Assembly: GCA_038087875.1 (NCBI GenBank)
Contig: JAXLNO010000680.1
Location: 310,001-374,000, forward strand
DNA length: 64,000 nt
From: Malacoraja senta
Lineage: Eukaryota
Direction of reading: 5' to 3'
The notes under the pieces: model-generated
Database searches by the model: none
Seen by the model: only the letters and a program-made list of their open reading frames with translations
What the model was told of the DNA's origin: nothing
In this document: positions 35,900 through 49,129 of the stretch, in pieces
Layout: each line of letters starts with the position of its first letter
Numbering within the stretch: position 1 is the first letter of the stretch
Program-made: the position numbers and the translations under genes

Positions 35900-37823
35900 C
35901 GTTTCCCTTAGCATGTACTCCTGAAGACTGGAGTGGGCCAGTTGGCAACATTCCCCGACGGACATCCCGTTCTGCTAGGAGGCCAAAATGTTTGGGGCAG
36001 ACAAAAGAGCGTCTTTCACTGAATTGATGATCTTGCAGCTTTTGGAAAGTGGTACAGGGAACAATCCATAAATAAGAGTCATCTGTTCGGTGCTATTCGG
36101 GGTGAACTATAAAAAGGGCCGCAACATTATCCGGACTCTCTTTGCAAATCCACACTCATTTCCTCTCTGACGCAGCCATCCCGGGGGCAGCGTGCATTGG
36201 TAATAAAATTACAATGGTTTCCAAAGGAACTGACATGGTCCACCTGACCGCCAGCCAAGCCAGGTCTTGGTGAGTGGTGGTGAGTTCTGGCAATGAGGCA
36301 TTTTGCCTGACAAGCTGGGCAGTCTGCTCAGTGAACCAAGCCACAGGATCCATCGAGCCATTTCCCTGCAGTGTCTGCAGGATCTTCCATGCTGACCACT
36401 GCCTGATAGACTGAAGGTGAAAGGTGTTCGTCGAGAAGAACCTTTCCATAAAGGACAGCTGGTGCAGCAATGTGCAGCGGACTGGCCCATTGCACAGCAT
36501 CTGTGCCCGGTCCATCCTTTATAACACCGGAGAGCAGATGAATGGTGGCCGATTAGGAAATGGGGAGATGCAGCGAGACCTGGGTGTCATGGTACACCAG
36601 TCGTTGAAAGTAGGCATGCAGGTGCAGCAGGCAGTGAAGAAAGCGAATGGTATGTTAGCTTTCATAGCAAAAGGATTTGAGTATAGGAGCAGGGAGGTTC
36701 TACTGCAGTTGTACAGGGTCTTGGTGAGATCACACCTGGAGTACAGTTTTGGTCTCCAAATCTGAGGAAGGACATTATAGCCATAGAGGGAGTGCAGAGA
36801 AGGTTCACCAGACTGATTCCTGGGATGTCAGGACTTTCATATGAAGAAAGACTGGATAGACTTGGCTTATACTCGCTAGAATTTAGGAGATTGAGAGGGG
36901 ATCTTCTAGAAACGTACAAAATTCTTATGGGGTTGGACAGGCTAGATGCAGGAAGATTGTTCCTGATGTTGGGGAAGTCCAGGACAAGGGGTCACAGCTT
37001 AAGGATAAGGGGGAAATCCTTTAAGACCGAGATGAGGAAAAACTTTTTCACATAGAGAGTGGTGAATCTCTGGAACTCTCTGCCACAGAGGGTAGTTGAG
37101 GCCAGTTCATTGGCTATATTTAAGAGGGAGTTAGATGTGGCCCTTGTGGCTAAGGGGATCAGGGGGTATGGAGAGAAGGCAGGTACGGGATACTGAGTTG
37201 GATGATCAGCCATGATCATATTGAATGGCGGTGCTGGCTCGAAGGGCCGAATGGCCTACTCCTGCACCTATTTTCTATGTATCTATGTAACATCAGTGGG
37301 AAATTACATTTCGTGCCCACTTGCCTCATATCTATGCAGTCTGATGCAGCCACACATGGTGGCTATCCAGATGAGGGCAATATTGAGCACGATTTTGTCC
37401 GTTGTCTGTCGACGTTTGCATTGTGACTCTTTTTATTGCATTGTGACTCTGCTGCATCTTTGAACCCAAGATGAACTGGGGTGATCGCCAAGGCAGAGGA
37501 GTATTGAACGGGCTAATACAGCAGACCCGAGATCACCCCACACCCGATCACCATTTTGTACCTGGTTATCGAGAGGGAATGCTGGTTCCACAGACCCAGT
37601 TTTTGCTGTTGTTTCTTTGCTCCAGATAATTCAAGTCACATGACTCCCTGCACCCCCCACCCCCCCCCCCCCCAACCCCTCCAGCGAACCAGATTCCTAG
37701 AACCTTCTGAAGCCAGACTTGATTGTGAAGGGGACAGAAGATCGGTCAGGCCAGTTGCCGAAGACCATAGCCTCACACTTACCACGGTTGAGTCTGGTTC
37801 CCGATACCATCTCAAACTGGTCA
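35900..37823 (-). mobile_element. Tx1-like (L1 clade) LINE fragment, interrupted by CR1 at 36540-37288
   Basis: DQFEMVSGTRLNRGKCEAMVFGNW and RQNASLPELTTTHQDLAWLAVR resemble the Tx1 ORF2 C-terminal half. Confidence 0.72.
36540..37288 (+). mobile_element. 5'-truncated CR1 LINE
   Basis: ORFs 36424-36765 and 36792-37055; TTTCTATG/TATCTATG tail. Confidence 0.92.
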
Positions 37824-40350
37824 CAATAGACAATAGACAATAGAAAATAGACAAAAGGTTCAGGAGTATGCCATTTGGTCCTTTGAGCCAGCACCGCCAT
37901 TCAATGTGATCATGGCTGATCAATACCAATCAGTACCCCGTTCCCGCCTTCTCCCCATATCCCCTGACTCCGCTATCTTTGAGAGCTCAATCTAGCTCTC
38001 TCTTGAATGTATCCAGAGAACTGGCCTCCAGCGCCCTCTGAGGCAGAGAATTCCACAGATTCACAACTCTCCGTGTGGAAAAAGTGTTTCCTCATCTCCG
38101 TTCTAAATGCCTTACCCCTTATTCTTAAACTGTGGCCCCTGGTTCTGGACTTCCCTAACATCGGGGACATGTTTCCTGCCTCTAGCGTGTCAAAACCATT
38201 AATAATGGTATATGTTCAATAACATTCCCTCTCATCCTTCTAAATTCCAGAGTATACAAGCCCAGCCGCTCCATTCTCTCAGCAAATGGCAGTCCCGCCA
38301 TCCTGGGAATTAACCTTGTGAACCTACACTGCACTCCCTCAATAGCTAGAATTTCCTTCCACAAATCAGGGGACACAAAATGCACACAATGCTCCAGGTG
38401 TGGTCTCACTGTGGCCCTATACAACTGCAGAAGGACATCTTTGCTCCTATACTCAACTCCTCGTGTTATGAAGGCCAACATGCCATTCGCTTTCTTCACT
38501 GCCTGCTGTACCTGCATGCTTACTTTCATTGTCTGATGCACAAGGACCCTCAGATCCCAATGAAATTCCCCTTTTCCCAACTTGACGCCATTTAGATAAT
38601 AATCTGCCTTCCAGTTTTTGCTACCAAAGTGGATAACCTCACATTTATCCACATTAACCTGCCTCTGCCATGCATCTGCCCACTCATCCAACCTGTCCAA
38701 GTCACCCTGCATTCTCATAGCATCCTCATCACAGTTCACACTGCCACCCAGCTTTGTGTCATCTGCAAGATTGTTAATGTTACTTTGAATCCCTTCATCA
38801 AAATCATTGATGTATATTCTCAATAGCTGCGGTCCCAGCATCGAGCCTGCAGTACCCCACTAGTCACTGCCTCCCATTGTGAAAGGGACCCGTTAATCCC
38901 TGCTCTTTGTTTCCTCTGCCAACCAATTTTCTATCCATGTCAGCACTCCACCCCTATACCATGTGCCCTAATTTTGCCCACTAATCTCCTATGTGGGACT
39001 TCATGAAATGCTTTCTGAAAGTCCAGGTACACTACATGCACTGGCTCCCCCTTTTCCATTTTCCTAGTTACATCCTCAAAAAATTCCAAACGATTAGTCA
39101 TGCATGATTTTCCCTTCGTAAATCCATGCTGTTACTGCTATCTAAATGTGCCACTATTTCATCTTTTATAATTGACTCCAACATCTTCCCCACCACCGAT
39201 GCCAGGCTAACTGGTGTATAATTCACTATTTTCTCTCCCGCTTTTCTTAAAAAGTGGGATAACATTAGCTACCCTCCAATCCACAGGAACTGCTTCTGAA
39301 TATTTATAGCATTGGAAAATGAACACCAATGCATCCACAAATTCTCGAGCCACTTCCTTAAGTACCCTGGGATGCAGACTATCAGGCCCTGGGGATTTAT
39401 CATCCTTCAGTCCCATCTGTCTACCCAATAGCATTTCCTGCGTAATGTGGATTTCCTTCAGTTACTCCGCCACCCCAGATCCTCTGGCCACTAGTACATC
39501 AGGAAGATTGTTTGTGTCCTCCTTAATGAAGATGGATGCAAAGTACCTGTTCAACTCATCTGCCATTTCCTTGTTCCCCATAATAAATTCACCGTTTTCA
39601 GTCTTCAAGGGTCCAACTTTGGTCTTATCTATTTATTTCATCTTAACATACATAAAGAGAATTTTACTATCCTCCTTAATATTCTTGGCTAGCTTACCTT
39701 CGTACCTCATATTTTCTCCCCTAAAAAGCCCTTTTAGTTATCTTCTGTTGCTCTTTAATCATTACCCAATCCTCTTGCTTCCCGCTCATCTTTGCTACGT
39801 TGTACTTCTCTTTTATTTTTATAATGTCCCTGACTTCCCTTGTCAGCCACTGTCGCCCCTTACACCCCTTGGAATCTTTCTTGTTCTTTGGAATGAACTG
39901 ATCCTGCACCTTCTGTATTATTCCCAGAAATACCTACCATTGTTGTTCGACTGTCATCCCTGCTAGGATATCATTCCAGTCAACTTTGGCCAGCTCCTCC
40001 CTCATGGCTCCATAGTCCCCTTTGTACAACTGTAACACGGACACCTCCGATTTCCCCTTCTCCCTCTCAAATTGTAGATTAAAACTTACCATATTATGGT
40101 CACTACCTAATGGCTCCTTTACCTCGAGTTCCCTTATCAAATCTGGTTCATTACACAACACTAAATACAGAATTGCCTTCTCCTTGGTAGGTTCCAGTAC
40201 AAGCTGCTCTAAGAATCCATCACGGAGGCACTCTACAAAATCCCTTTCTTGGAGTCCAGTACCAACCTGATTTTCCCAGTCTACCTGCATGTTGAAATCT
40301 CCCATAACAACCGTAGCGTTACCTTTACGACATGCCAATTTTATCTCTTG
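37824..40350 (-). mobile_element. CR1 LINE, internally deleted, with endonuclease and RT remnants
   Basis: VVMGDFN...LGSDHNMV (APE endonuclease), KSPGPDSLHPRVLKE and LADDTKL (RT); (CTATTGT)n tail at ~37825-37850. Confidence 0.92.
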
Positions 40351-40351
40351 G

Positions 40352-40800
40352 GTTTTAGCACTAGAGGCTGTGAGCTATGGGGAGAGATTAAATAGGCTGG
40401 GACTCTATTCCTTGGAGCGCAGGAGGATGAGGGCTGATCTTATAATGGTGTATAAAATCATGAGAGGAATAGATCGGGTAGATGTGCAGTCTTTTGCCCA
40501 GAGTAGGGGAATCGAGGACCAGAGGACATAGGTTTGTGGTGAAGAGGAAAAGATATAATAGGAATCTGAGGGGGTAACTTTTTCACACAAAGGGTGGTGG
40601 GTTTATGGAACAAGCTGCCAGAGGAGGTAGTTGAGGCTGGGACTATCTAAACGTTTAAGAAACATTTAGACAGGTACATGGATAGGAAAGGTTTGGAGGG
40701 ATGTGGACCAAACGCAGGCAGGTGAGACTAAGGTAGCTGGGACATTTTGGGAAGGTGGGCAAGTTGGGCCGAAGGGCCTGTTTCCACGCTCTATGACTCT
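40352..40800 (+). mobile_element. CR1 3' fragment (second subfamily)
   Basis: YGERLNRLGLYSLERRRMR...; paralogous to 52450-52922. Confidence 0.85.
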
Positions 40801-41587
40801 TATTCTATTAGTTGTTGCAGATGAAGATGATGGTATCTCCAAATATATCATAGCTGTAATGATGTTGATGAAGGTCTGCAAATATATTAGACAAAGCCGG
40901 GCACAAACTGAACCGATACGTAAAATTAATGTGAATTACTGGATCACCCTCAACATAATAAAATGATCAAAGGATATTGAACGGTAAGGTAACTGAGCAA
41001 ATATGACGGCGTCATAAAAGATGGAAGGCCAAAGATTGATCAAAAAGATAAGTTTACGGTGAATGAATGTGGTGAAAGGTTTAGGAAGATTCTCTCAAAT
41101 TTCACTGAAACTCCAGCCATTGAAAGTTGATCAATACCGATTTACACAGCTTTGGGATCGGAGGTTTATAAGTTCATAAGTGATAGGAGCAGAATTAGGC
41201 CATTCACAGTTTGGTTTGGTGCGAAAATGCACACCACCTGATACAGGGACAGTTTCTTCCCAGCTGTTATCAGGCAACTGAACCATCCTACCACAACCAG
41301 AGAGCAGTCCTGAACTACTATCTACCTCCGGTGATCCTCAGACTATCCTTGATCAGACTTCACTGGCTTTACCTTGCACTTAACGTTATTCCCTTATCAT
41401 GTATCTGTACACTGTAAATGGATTGATTGTAATCATGTATTGTCTTTCCGCTGACTGGTTAGCACGCAACAAAAAGATTTTCACTGTACCTAGGTACACG
41501 TGACAATAAGCTACACTGAGACTATTACCACCTGTGCCAAGTTACCACAGTGAAAAGCATTTGTTGCGCACTAACCAGTCAGCACAA

Positions 41588-41950
41588 ACATAGATACATA
41601 GAAAAATAGGTGCAGGAGTAGGCTATTCGGCCCATCGAGCCAACACCACTATTCAATATGATCATCTAAAATCTGGACGCTGTTCCTGCTTTCTCCCCAT
41701 ATCCCTTGATTCTTTTAGCCTGAAGAGCTAAATCTAACTCTCTCTTGAAAACATCCAGTGAATTGGCCTCCACTGCCTTCTGTGGCAGAAAATTCCACAG
41801 ATTCACAACTCTCTTGGTTTTTCTTCATCTCACTCCTACATGGCCGACCCCTTTTTCTTAAATTGTGACACCTGGTTCTGGACTTCCCCAACATCGGGAA
41901 CATTTTCCTGCATCTACCCTGTCCAATCCTTTAAGAATTGTATATATTTC
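41588..41950 (-). mobile_element. CR1 3' fragment
   Basis: MFPMLGKSRTR...; CR1 3'UTR and tail. Confidence 0.85.
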
Positions 41951-42584
41951 TATATTACATGATTACAATCGAACCATTCACAGTGTATAGATACAGAAAT
42001 TGCTGTTGGGTCTGTGCAGCGTTTTCTGTTTCTGTGAAGGGGTATTGTCAGTAATTGACGGGCCCTGGAGAATGGAGGAACTAAAAAGCCTGTGTTTAAT
42101 TCTGAGTCCCGAGGAGGGCAGCAAGAACCAAACACATAAAAAAAATCACATGAATGTCGGATTAGTGCTAATGGGTGGTTGATGGTTGACATGCTCAGAA
42201 TGAAAGGTTATTCCTCAGAATTAAAGGTCATTCTTTTAGGAAGGAGATGAGGAGGAATATCTTTAGTCAGAGGGTGGTGAATCTGTGGAATTCTTTGCCA
42301 CAGAAGGCTGTGGAGGCCAAGTCATTGGATATTTTAAGGCAAAGACAGATAGATTATTGATTAATACGAGTGTCAGGGTTACAGGGAGAAGGCCTTAGAA
42401 TGGGGTTAGGAGAGAAAGATAGATCAGCCATGATAGAATGGCGTAGAAGATGTGACGGGCCGAATGGCCTAATTCTGCTCCGATCGCATGTGAACATGAA
42501 CATGCACTTGTTGGGCTGAAGGGCCTTTTTCTGTACTGTCCCTCTCTATGGCTGTAACACTGTACAGGAGGGGAAGAAGGAGGT

Positions 42585-45500
42585 TGTATATAGTCATTAC
42601 ACACGTGTGACATTATAATTGTCTTTTAATAAGTATACAGAGTTAAACAATACATGAGTAGTCACTGATTCCAGTCTGCTACTGTGCTGCGCAGAAGGAG
42701 AAGCAGGCGTTATTATAAATGATACTTATGGAGGCGGGGTTAGTAGTGGTGAGGTAGCTATGTGATTGGTTGCATGCATCCTTCTACATCCTTCCCCTTA
42801 GAAGAATAAACATGAACACATGATTAAACATGGTGGATAACTATGGCAACGACTTAAACAAAATCACCATACCGAACAGGCGGCTAGCTGACACGGCCCG
42901 AGCGCGTACGGACCAACCCTCCCCCCCCCTCACCAGAAAGACCCAAACCCGGAGGCGACAAAGCCGGAGGGGAAACAGAAAGCGGCAAGGGGGACAAACG
43001 TGCAGGAGGGCTAGGAGAGCGGTTAGCAATGGGCGACCCACGCGGAGGTGAACACAACACGCGAGGGGACTGAGGCATGCAGGGGCCGGCAACGGGATCA
43101 GCAGCGGATGGCTGGAACTGCAGCGGCGGAGCGTAAGGTCCGGCTGCCGGCGGGAGCGGCTCCTGTACAGCAAGCAGGTGCTGACGACACCTGCGGTAAA
43201 CAGTACCTTCAAAGTCCACAAGGTACGAACGAGGCGCATCGGCAATGCCAACCACGGTGCCAGACGGGAATATCCGCTAGCAGTATGTAGACGAACGGCC
43301 TGTCCAGGCAGCAGAGGCTGAGAGGCTTGCACGATCTATCATGTCACCGTCTTTGGATGTCATGCTTAGCTTGAATGCGCGTCTGGACAGAGGCAGGCTC
43401 CAGCACTCGAGGCAGCAGCTTGTGTTGAGCATCGGAATCGGTGGTCTTGTTGTTCTGGACATCAGCCGCTGAGCAGGTGAGCCTAGGGTTGCGTCCCTGG
43501 AAATGTTCCTTAGGTTCAGGAGGTCGAGGTAAAAGTCGGAATTCGCCAGGCGCGCTTGCTCCCATTAGTAGTTTGGCACTCTGGATAACCCGCTCAGCAA
43601 GCCCGTTACTCTGCGGGTACTCAGGGCTGCTCGTGAAGTGGAGGAAGTTCCACTTGTTGGCAAAGTTCTTGAACTCCTGGCTGGTAAACTGACTGCCGTT
43701 GTCGGTCTGCAGACGGGACAGGCGAGCCGAAAGTGGAAAAATGTTTCCTCAGCTTACGGATGACCATCTCGGACGTGAGGGAGGTCAGAAGGTCAACCTC
43801 GAACCAGTTCGAGTATGAGTCAGCCAGGACGAGGTAGTGTTTACCACGCCACTCGAAAATGTCGGCGGCCACTGAGGTCCAGGCCAGGGCAGGCGCGGGT
43901 TGTTGCAAAAGGGGCTGCCTTTGCTGGTGGGGTGCAAGGCTGTTGCAGGTAGAGCAAGACGAGACACGGTCCCGAATGTACTTCGCCATTCCAGGCCAGT
44001 AGAATTGGCACTGTGCATGGGCGATCGTGGCATCAATGCCCGGGTGCCCGCTGTGGGCCACGCTATAGTACATGTCATACAGGGAGGATGGGACCACGAC
44101 CTTGTGGCCCTTAACAATAACGCTGTCTTGGATGACCAGTTCGTCGCGAACCAGGAAAAAAGTCTGTGTCTCTGCGGGCGCACTGGCGTGCTTGCTCGGC
44201 CAACCCCTTTTTATCACTGAAGAAAGTAGCTGCAAAGCGGGGTCGGCAGCAGTATGCTCGGCTAGGCACTGAAGCTGCTTAGTGGGGACAAAGTCAACGC
44301 CGAGCACCAGAAGGTCTTCCCGTTCGTATGGGTGTTGATCACAGGTAGCGCGAGGGGCACGAGAGAGGGTGTCCGCAACGTGCATTTCAGTACCCTTTTT
44401 GTAGACAATGGTGAAGTCGAAACGCTGGAGCTGCATCATCATACGTTGCAGCCTGGCAGGTGCGACATGGATCGGCTTGTTCAGGATGGTCACCAATGGC
44501 TGGTGGTCCGTCTCAACCATGAAAGAATTCCCAAAAAGAAAGTCTTTGAACTTAGAGCAGGCGGAAAACGACAGCGAGCAGCTCCTTTTCGATCTGTGCA
44601 TAGCGTTGTTCGGTGTCGGTCATGGTACGGGAGGCATAGGAGACAGGGAGAAGGGAGCCATCTGCAGAGGACTGTAGGCAGGCTGCACCGAGCCCGAATC
44701 GTGAGGCATCACAGGTGACACCTTTGGATCAGTAGCAATTTTGTAGGTAATAGGCAGCTTGCCCAGTTCATCATTAAACAGGTCTGGGTATTCCTTTACC
44801 GGGTCTACCGATATCATCACCTTGTGGACCGTTCTGTCAAACGACACCAGGCCCAGATCCTGGCATGCCTCAGTCCCCTCGCGTGTTTAGTTCACCTTCG
44901 CGTGGGTCGCCCATTGCTAACCGCTTTCCTAGCCCTCCTGCACGTTTGTCCCCCTTGCCGCTTTCTGTTTCCCCTGCGGCTTCGTCGCCTCCGGTTTGGG
45001 TCTTTCTGGTGAGGGGGGGGGGGGGGGAGGGTTGGTCCATACGCGCTCGGGCCGTGTCAGCAAGCCGCCTGTTCGGTATGGTGATTTTGTTTCCATGGGT
45101 ACCAGTACCTGATTGTTGGCACCCAGGACCGCTGGGGCATAATTGAAGGTCCTGGCTCTTCTCATGGCGTCGGGGCCGGCAAGGTTGAGAAGAAGCGAAG
45201 TTTGACCTCATCGGGCTCGTTCCGATGAGCAATAGTCATGTAGTGGAGGTAGTCCAGTTCGAAAGTAGCCCAGCGCTCCGCGATGTCCGAATCAAAGACA
45301 AGCTGAGCAGGCTTTCGGCAAGAGGAAGCCATTGTCAAAATGAAAATAAACACTTAGCAAAAGAAATAAAAACCGATAAACAGGAGACACGAGTAGTCAC
45401 TGTCTGACACCATGTATATAGTCATTACACACGTGTGACATTATAACAGTCTTTTAATAAGTATACAGAGTTAAACAATACATGAGTAGTCACTGATTCC

Positions 45501-45618
45501 AGTCTGCTACTGTACTGCGCAGAAGGAGAAGCAGGCGTTATTATAAATGATACTTATGGAGGCGGGTTAGTAGTGGTGAGGTAGCTAAGTGATATGTTGC
45601 ATGCATAAACCATCTACA
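42585..45618 (-). mobile_element. Internally deleted Gypsy LTR retrotransposon (Mag-like)
   Basis: LTRs 42585-42788 and 45413-45618 (TG...CA), perfect 5-bp TSD GAGGT, PBS TGGTGTCAGA (tRNA-Leu type) and PPT AGGGGAAGGA. Gag start MASSCRKP; RNase H ETDHQPL...ADTLSR; integrase HHCC and DDE remnants; RT core missing. Confidence 0.95.
43621..44601 (-). CDS. Gypsy pol fragment (RNase H and integrase), frameshifted
   Basis: AHSGHPG...YWPGM...CSTC zinc finger and ADIF...ADSYS. Frameshift before the DNGSQF motif near 43715. Confidence 0.85.
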   Translation of the reverse strand: MHRSKRSCSLSFSACSKFKDFLFGNSFMVETDHQPLVTILNKPIHVAPARLQRMMMQLQRFDFTIVYKKGTEMHVADTLSRAPRATCDQHPYEREDLLVLGVDFVPTKQLQCLAEHTAADPALQLLSSVIKRGWPSKHASAPAETQTFFLVRDELVIQDSVIVKGHKVVVPSSLYDMYYSVAHSGHPGIDATIAHAQCQFYWPGMAKYIRDRVSSCSTCNSLAPHQQRQPLLQQPAPALAWTSVAADIFEWRGKHYLVLADSYSNWFEVDLLTSLTSEMVIRKLRKHFSTFGSPVPSADRQRQSVYQPGVQELCQQVELPPLHEQP

Positions 45619-46344
45619 GAGGTTGAGGAAACAATAGTTATATTATTAAGGGGGGTTACGTTTGTGATTCCTGGATGGGGTGTAGGAAGTAATTTGAGGA
45701 GATAGACACAAAAAGCTGGAGTAACGCATCGGGTCAGGCAGCAACTCTGGAGAAAAGGAATAAGTGACGTCTCGGGTTGAGACCCTTCTTCAGACTGGGA
45801 TCGGGAGTTGTGTGAATTCTCTTGCACTCAATCCAGGTCATTATGTGTGTTGCTGTTCCTTCCTTCTTCCATAGTTTGCACTGCTCCGCTGAGGAAATGA
45901 CCCAAGGCATTCCACTGGAGCATTACTAAGCAAAGTTCGACACTTGGTCTTAAGGGGACTTATTGTATTAAGATAGACACAAAATGCTGAAGTAACTCAG
46001 CGGGACAGGCAGCATCTCTGGAGAGAAGGGATGGATGACGTTTCGGGTCGAGTCCCTTCTTCCTCCACTTACTGTATTAAGATTATACTGTATTAAGTTG
46101 GGGGTATTTGGAGTATTGTGAGCAGTTTTAGCCACGATATCTGAGGAAGGATGTTTTGGCTCTGGACAGGGTCCAGAGGAAATTTACAAGAATGATCCCA
46201 GGAATGAGTGGGTTAACATATGATGAGCGTTTGATGTCAATAGGCCTGTACTCGCTTGAGTTTAGAAGATTGAGGGGGGGGGGGGGACCACATTGAAAGT
46301 TACCGAATAGTGAAAGGCCTGGATAGAGTGGATGTCTAGGACTC

Positions 46345-47220
46345 AAGTTCAAGTTAAAAGTTCACATTTCTTGTCACATGCACCTATTGGTACCGTGAAA
46401 TTTGAGTTACCGTACAGCCAGACAAATAAAAGGAGCACAATACACGATGCAGTTTAACATAAACATCCACCACAGCAGAATCAACGTTTCACACTGTGAA
46501 CGATGGCAATAAAGTTCAGTCAGCTTCCATAGTCGGGGCCTTGACTAGCTTCAGTAGTCGGGCCGTAGGAAGCAGTCGCCGCTATGTACGGCCCGATGTA
46601 CAGGCCCTCTCACCGGGATGATCGACACTCCGGGGTCGGAACGGAGGAACACACTCGCGGCTTGGAGTTTCCGAATTGGATGCTTCTTACCGGAGACCGC
46701 GGCTTCTGAAGTCCACAGGCCGAGCTGGACGGAGCTCCAACACTGGCGACACCCCCGGCAAAAGATCCCAGGCCTCCGCGATGTTAAAGTCGGCGTCGCG
46801 CCCGCGCCTAGAAGCTCCGCAAACCTCAGCTCCACGGTGTTAAAGTTAGCAGGTTCAACACTCCGGAGCTCCAACAATGGGGATCTTCGGCAAGGCATCG
46901 TCCCGCTCCGCGATGGTAATTCAGCGCTGCGCCACCGCTGAAGCTCTGGGCCGTCTCTTGTAGGAAAGGCCGCGCCAATCCATTTGGTAGGCCGTGAGTG
47001 GGGGGCAAAGATGCGACACGGAGAAAAGATCCGTCACTGTCCAGGTAAGTGACTGAAAATGGTTTCCCCCTATTCTCTCCCCCCACCCCCCCCCCACCAC
47101 CACATAAGACATACTAAGAAACATTTAAAACATGCAATTAGACAACCGAGAAATAACAAAAAAGGTGAAAGGACTAACAGATGCTGGCGAGGCAGCCATT
47201 ACTGCTGCCACCCGGAATTC
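46345..47220 (-). mobile_element. GC-rich non-coding element with LINE-type 3' tail
   Basis: 3' end ...GTGACAA(T/G)AAA plus a short-repeat tail. Related segments at ~24630-24950, ~49965-50230, ~53020-53330 and 57309-58180. Confidence 0.5.
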
Positions 47221-48164
47221 AAGGTCATAGGCTCAGAATTTTAAAAAAACATTCCTTTAGGAAGGAGATGGGGAAGAATTTCTTTAGTCGGAGGGTGGCG
47301 AATCTATGGAATTCTTTGCCACAGAAGGCTGTGGAGGCCAAGTCAAAGGATATTTTTAAGGCAGGGATAGATAGATTCTTGATTAGTACGGGTGTCAGGG
47401 GTTATGTGAGAAGGCAGGAGAATGGGGTTGAGAGGGAGAGATAGATCAGCTTTGATTGAATGGCGGAGTAGACTTGATGGGCCGATTGGCCGAATTCTGT
47501 TCCTATCACTTATGACATGACCTTATAAGATTGAAAGCCATAGGAGTAGGAATACTTTATTGCCACATGTGTCTAGGCACAGTGAGATTCTTTGCTGCAT
47601 ACCCTATGTGTACAAATAGCTGCCACCTACGGCGCTGACAAACTCCCTACTCCCCCCCCCACAGCGTTTCCCCCCACGCTGGGTCTCCATTGTCCTTTGT
47701 TCCCCCCACCCCCATTGTCCTCCCTCATGGCGGTCCCCCCCACGCCATTGTTCTTCCCCTTCCCCCCCCTCACGCTGGTCCTCCACGCTCTCATCGACCG
47801 TCGACGCGGGTCGAACCACGAGGCATCAACACCGCCGCGAGGCTTCACCACCGCCGAGGGCCCATTGACTGGCTCGGTCGCTGAGTGTGTCAGACGATGC
47901 ATAGCTCACTGTTGGCTTCCGTTGTGGTCCAACATGTTGACAGATTTGGTCGCCCGCCGCATCACAAATCGCCTGCATCGTGTCGTCGTTTACGGGGATC
48001 GCCACGAGGAGGCTTCTGTCATGATCCACATTGATTGGTTAAAGATGGGGAGATTTCAGGAACAATCTCCCCGCCTAGCAAACTGACGATTCTGCCCCAA
48101 AGAGTGGATTAATTAATATCTTAGTTGTCCTTGGAGGCAAGAATAGGAGGAACACATATATTCT

Positions 48165-48687
48165 TCTGCAGTAACTCAGTGAGACAGGCAGCATCTCTGG
48201 AGAGAAGGAATGGGCGACATTTCGGGTCAAGACCCTTCTTCAGACTGGTTAGGGATAAGGGAAACGAGGGATATAGTCGGTGATGTGGAGAGATAAACAC
48301 AAATGAATCAAAGATATGCAAGAAAGCAACGATGATAAAGGAAACAGGCTATTGTTAGCTGTTTGCTGGGTGAAAGCAAGAAGCTAATGCGACTTCTCTC
48401 CCCCGCCCAAGTCGCACCAGCTTCTCGTTTTCACCCAGCAAACAGCTAACAGTGGCCTGTTTCCTTTATCATCGTTACTTTTTTGCATATCTTTCATTCA
48501 TTGTTCCATATCTCTCCACATCACCGTCTATATCTCTCGTTTCCCATATCCATAACCAGTCTGAAGAAGAGTCTCGACCCGAAACATCACCCATTCCTTC
48601 TCCCCAGACATGCTGCCTGTCCCCGCTGAGTTACTCCAGCTTTTTGTGTCTATCTTCGGTTTAAACCAGCATCTGCAGTTCCCTCTT
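48165..48687. mobile_element. Palindromic Penelope-terminal-repeat-derived element with 13-bp TSD
   Basis: Inverted arms ~48172-48395 and ~48409-48634, each with a CTGAAGA...GAAA motif. ACACATATATTCT at 48152-48164 and 48688-48700. Confidence 0.82.
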
Positions 48688-49129
48688 ACACATATATTCT
48701 GCTTCCAGTTCCAGGCCAAAAGAGGTGAGAGAAACGAAAAGAGTCAGGCAAAACAGCGCAGTCTTTACTGATTACTCTGGTCCACTGAATGCAGAATAAT
48801 GGCCAAGGCTAATGTGTCTGTGTCTCTTTGAGATGCATTTATCAACATTGAGAGTGTGTTATTTATCATACCTGGGTCACCGGTTCTTCCCTGCTTGTAG
48901 TACTGCTATCTAACCAAGTGATGGCGGTGTCGTGCAGTTTCAGAGTGTGGACCTGCAGCTGACCCTGACTGTGGAGACTGCAGATGCTGGAATCCCGAGC
49001 AAAAGTTAAACTGCTGGAAGAATTCTGTGGGTCAGGCAGCATCTGTGGAAGCAGAAGAATGGTCGATGTTTCGAGTTGAGACGCTGCGTTTCAATGCCAC
49101 TCCTGGGTGCACCAGAACACGATCTGGAC

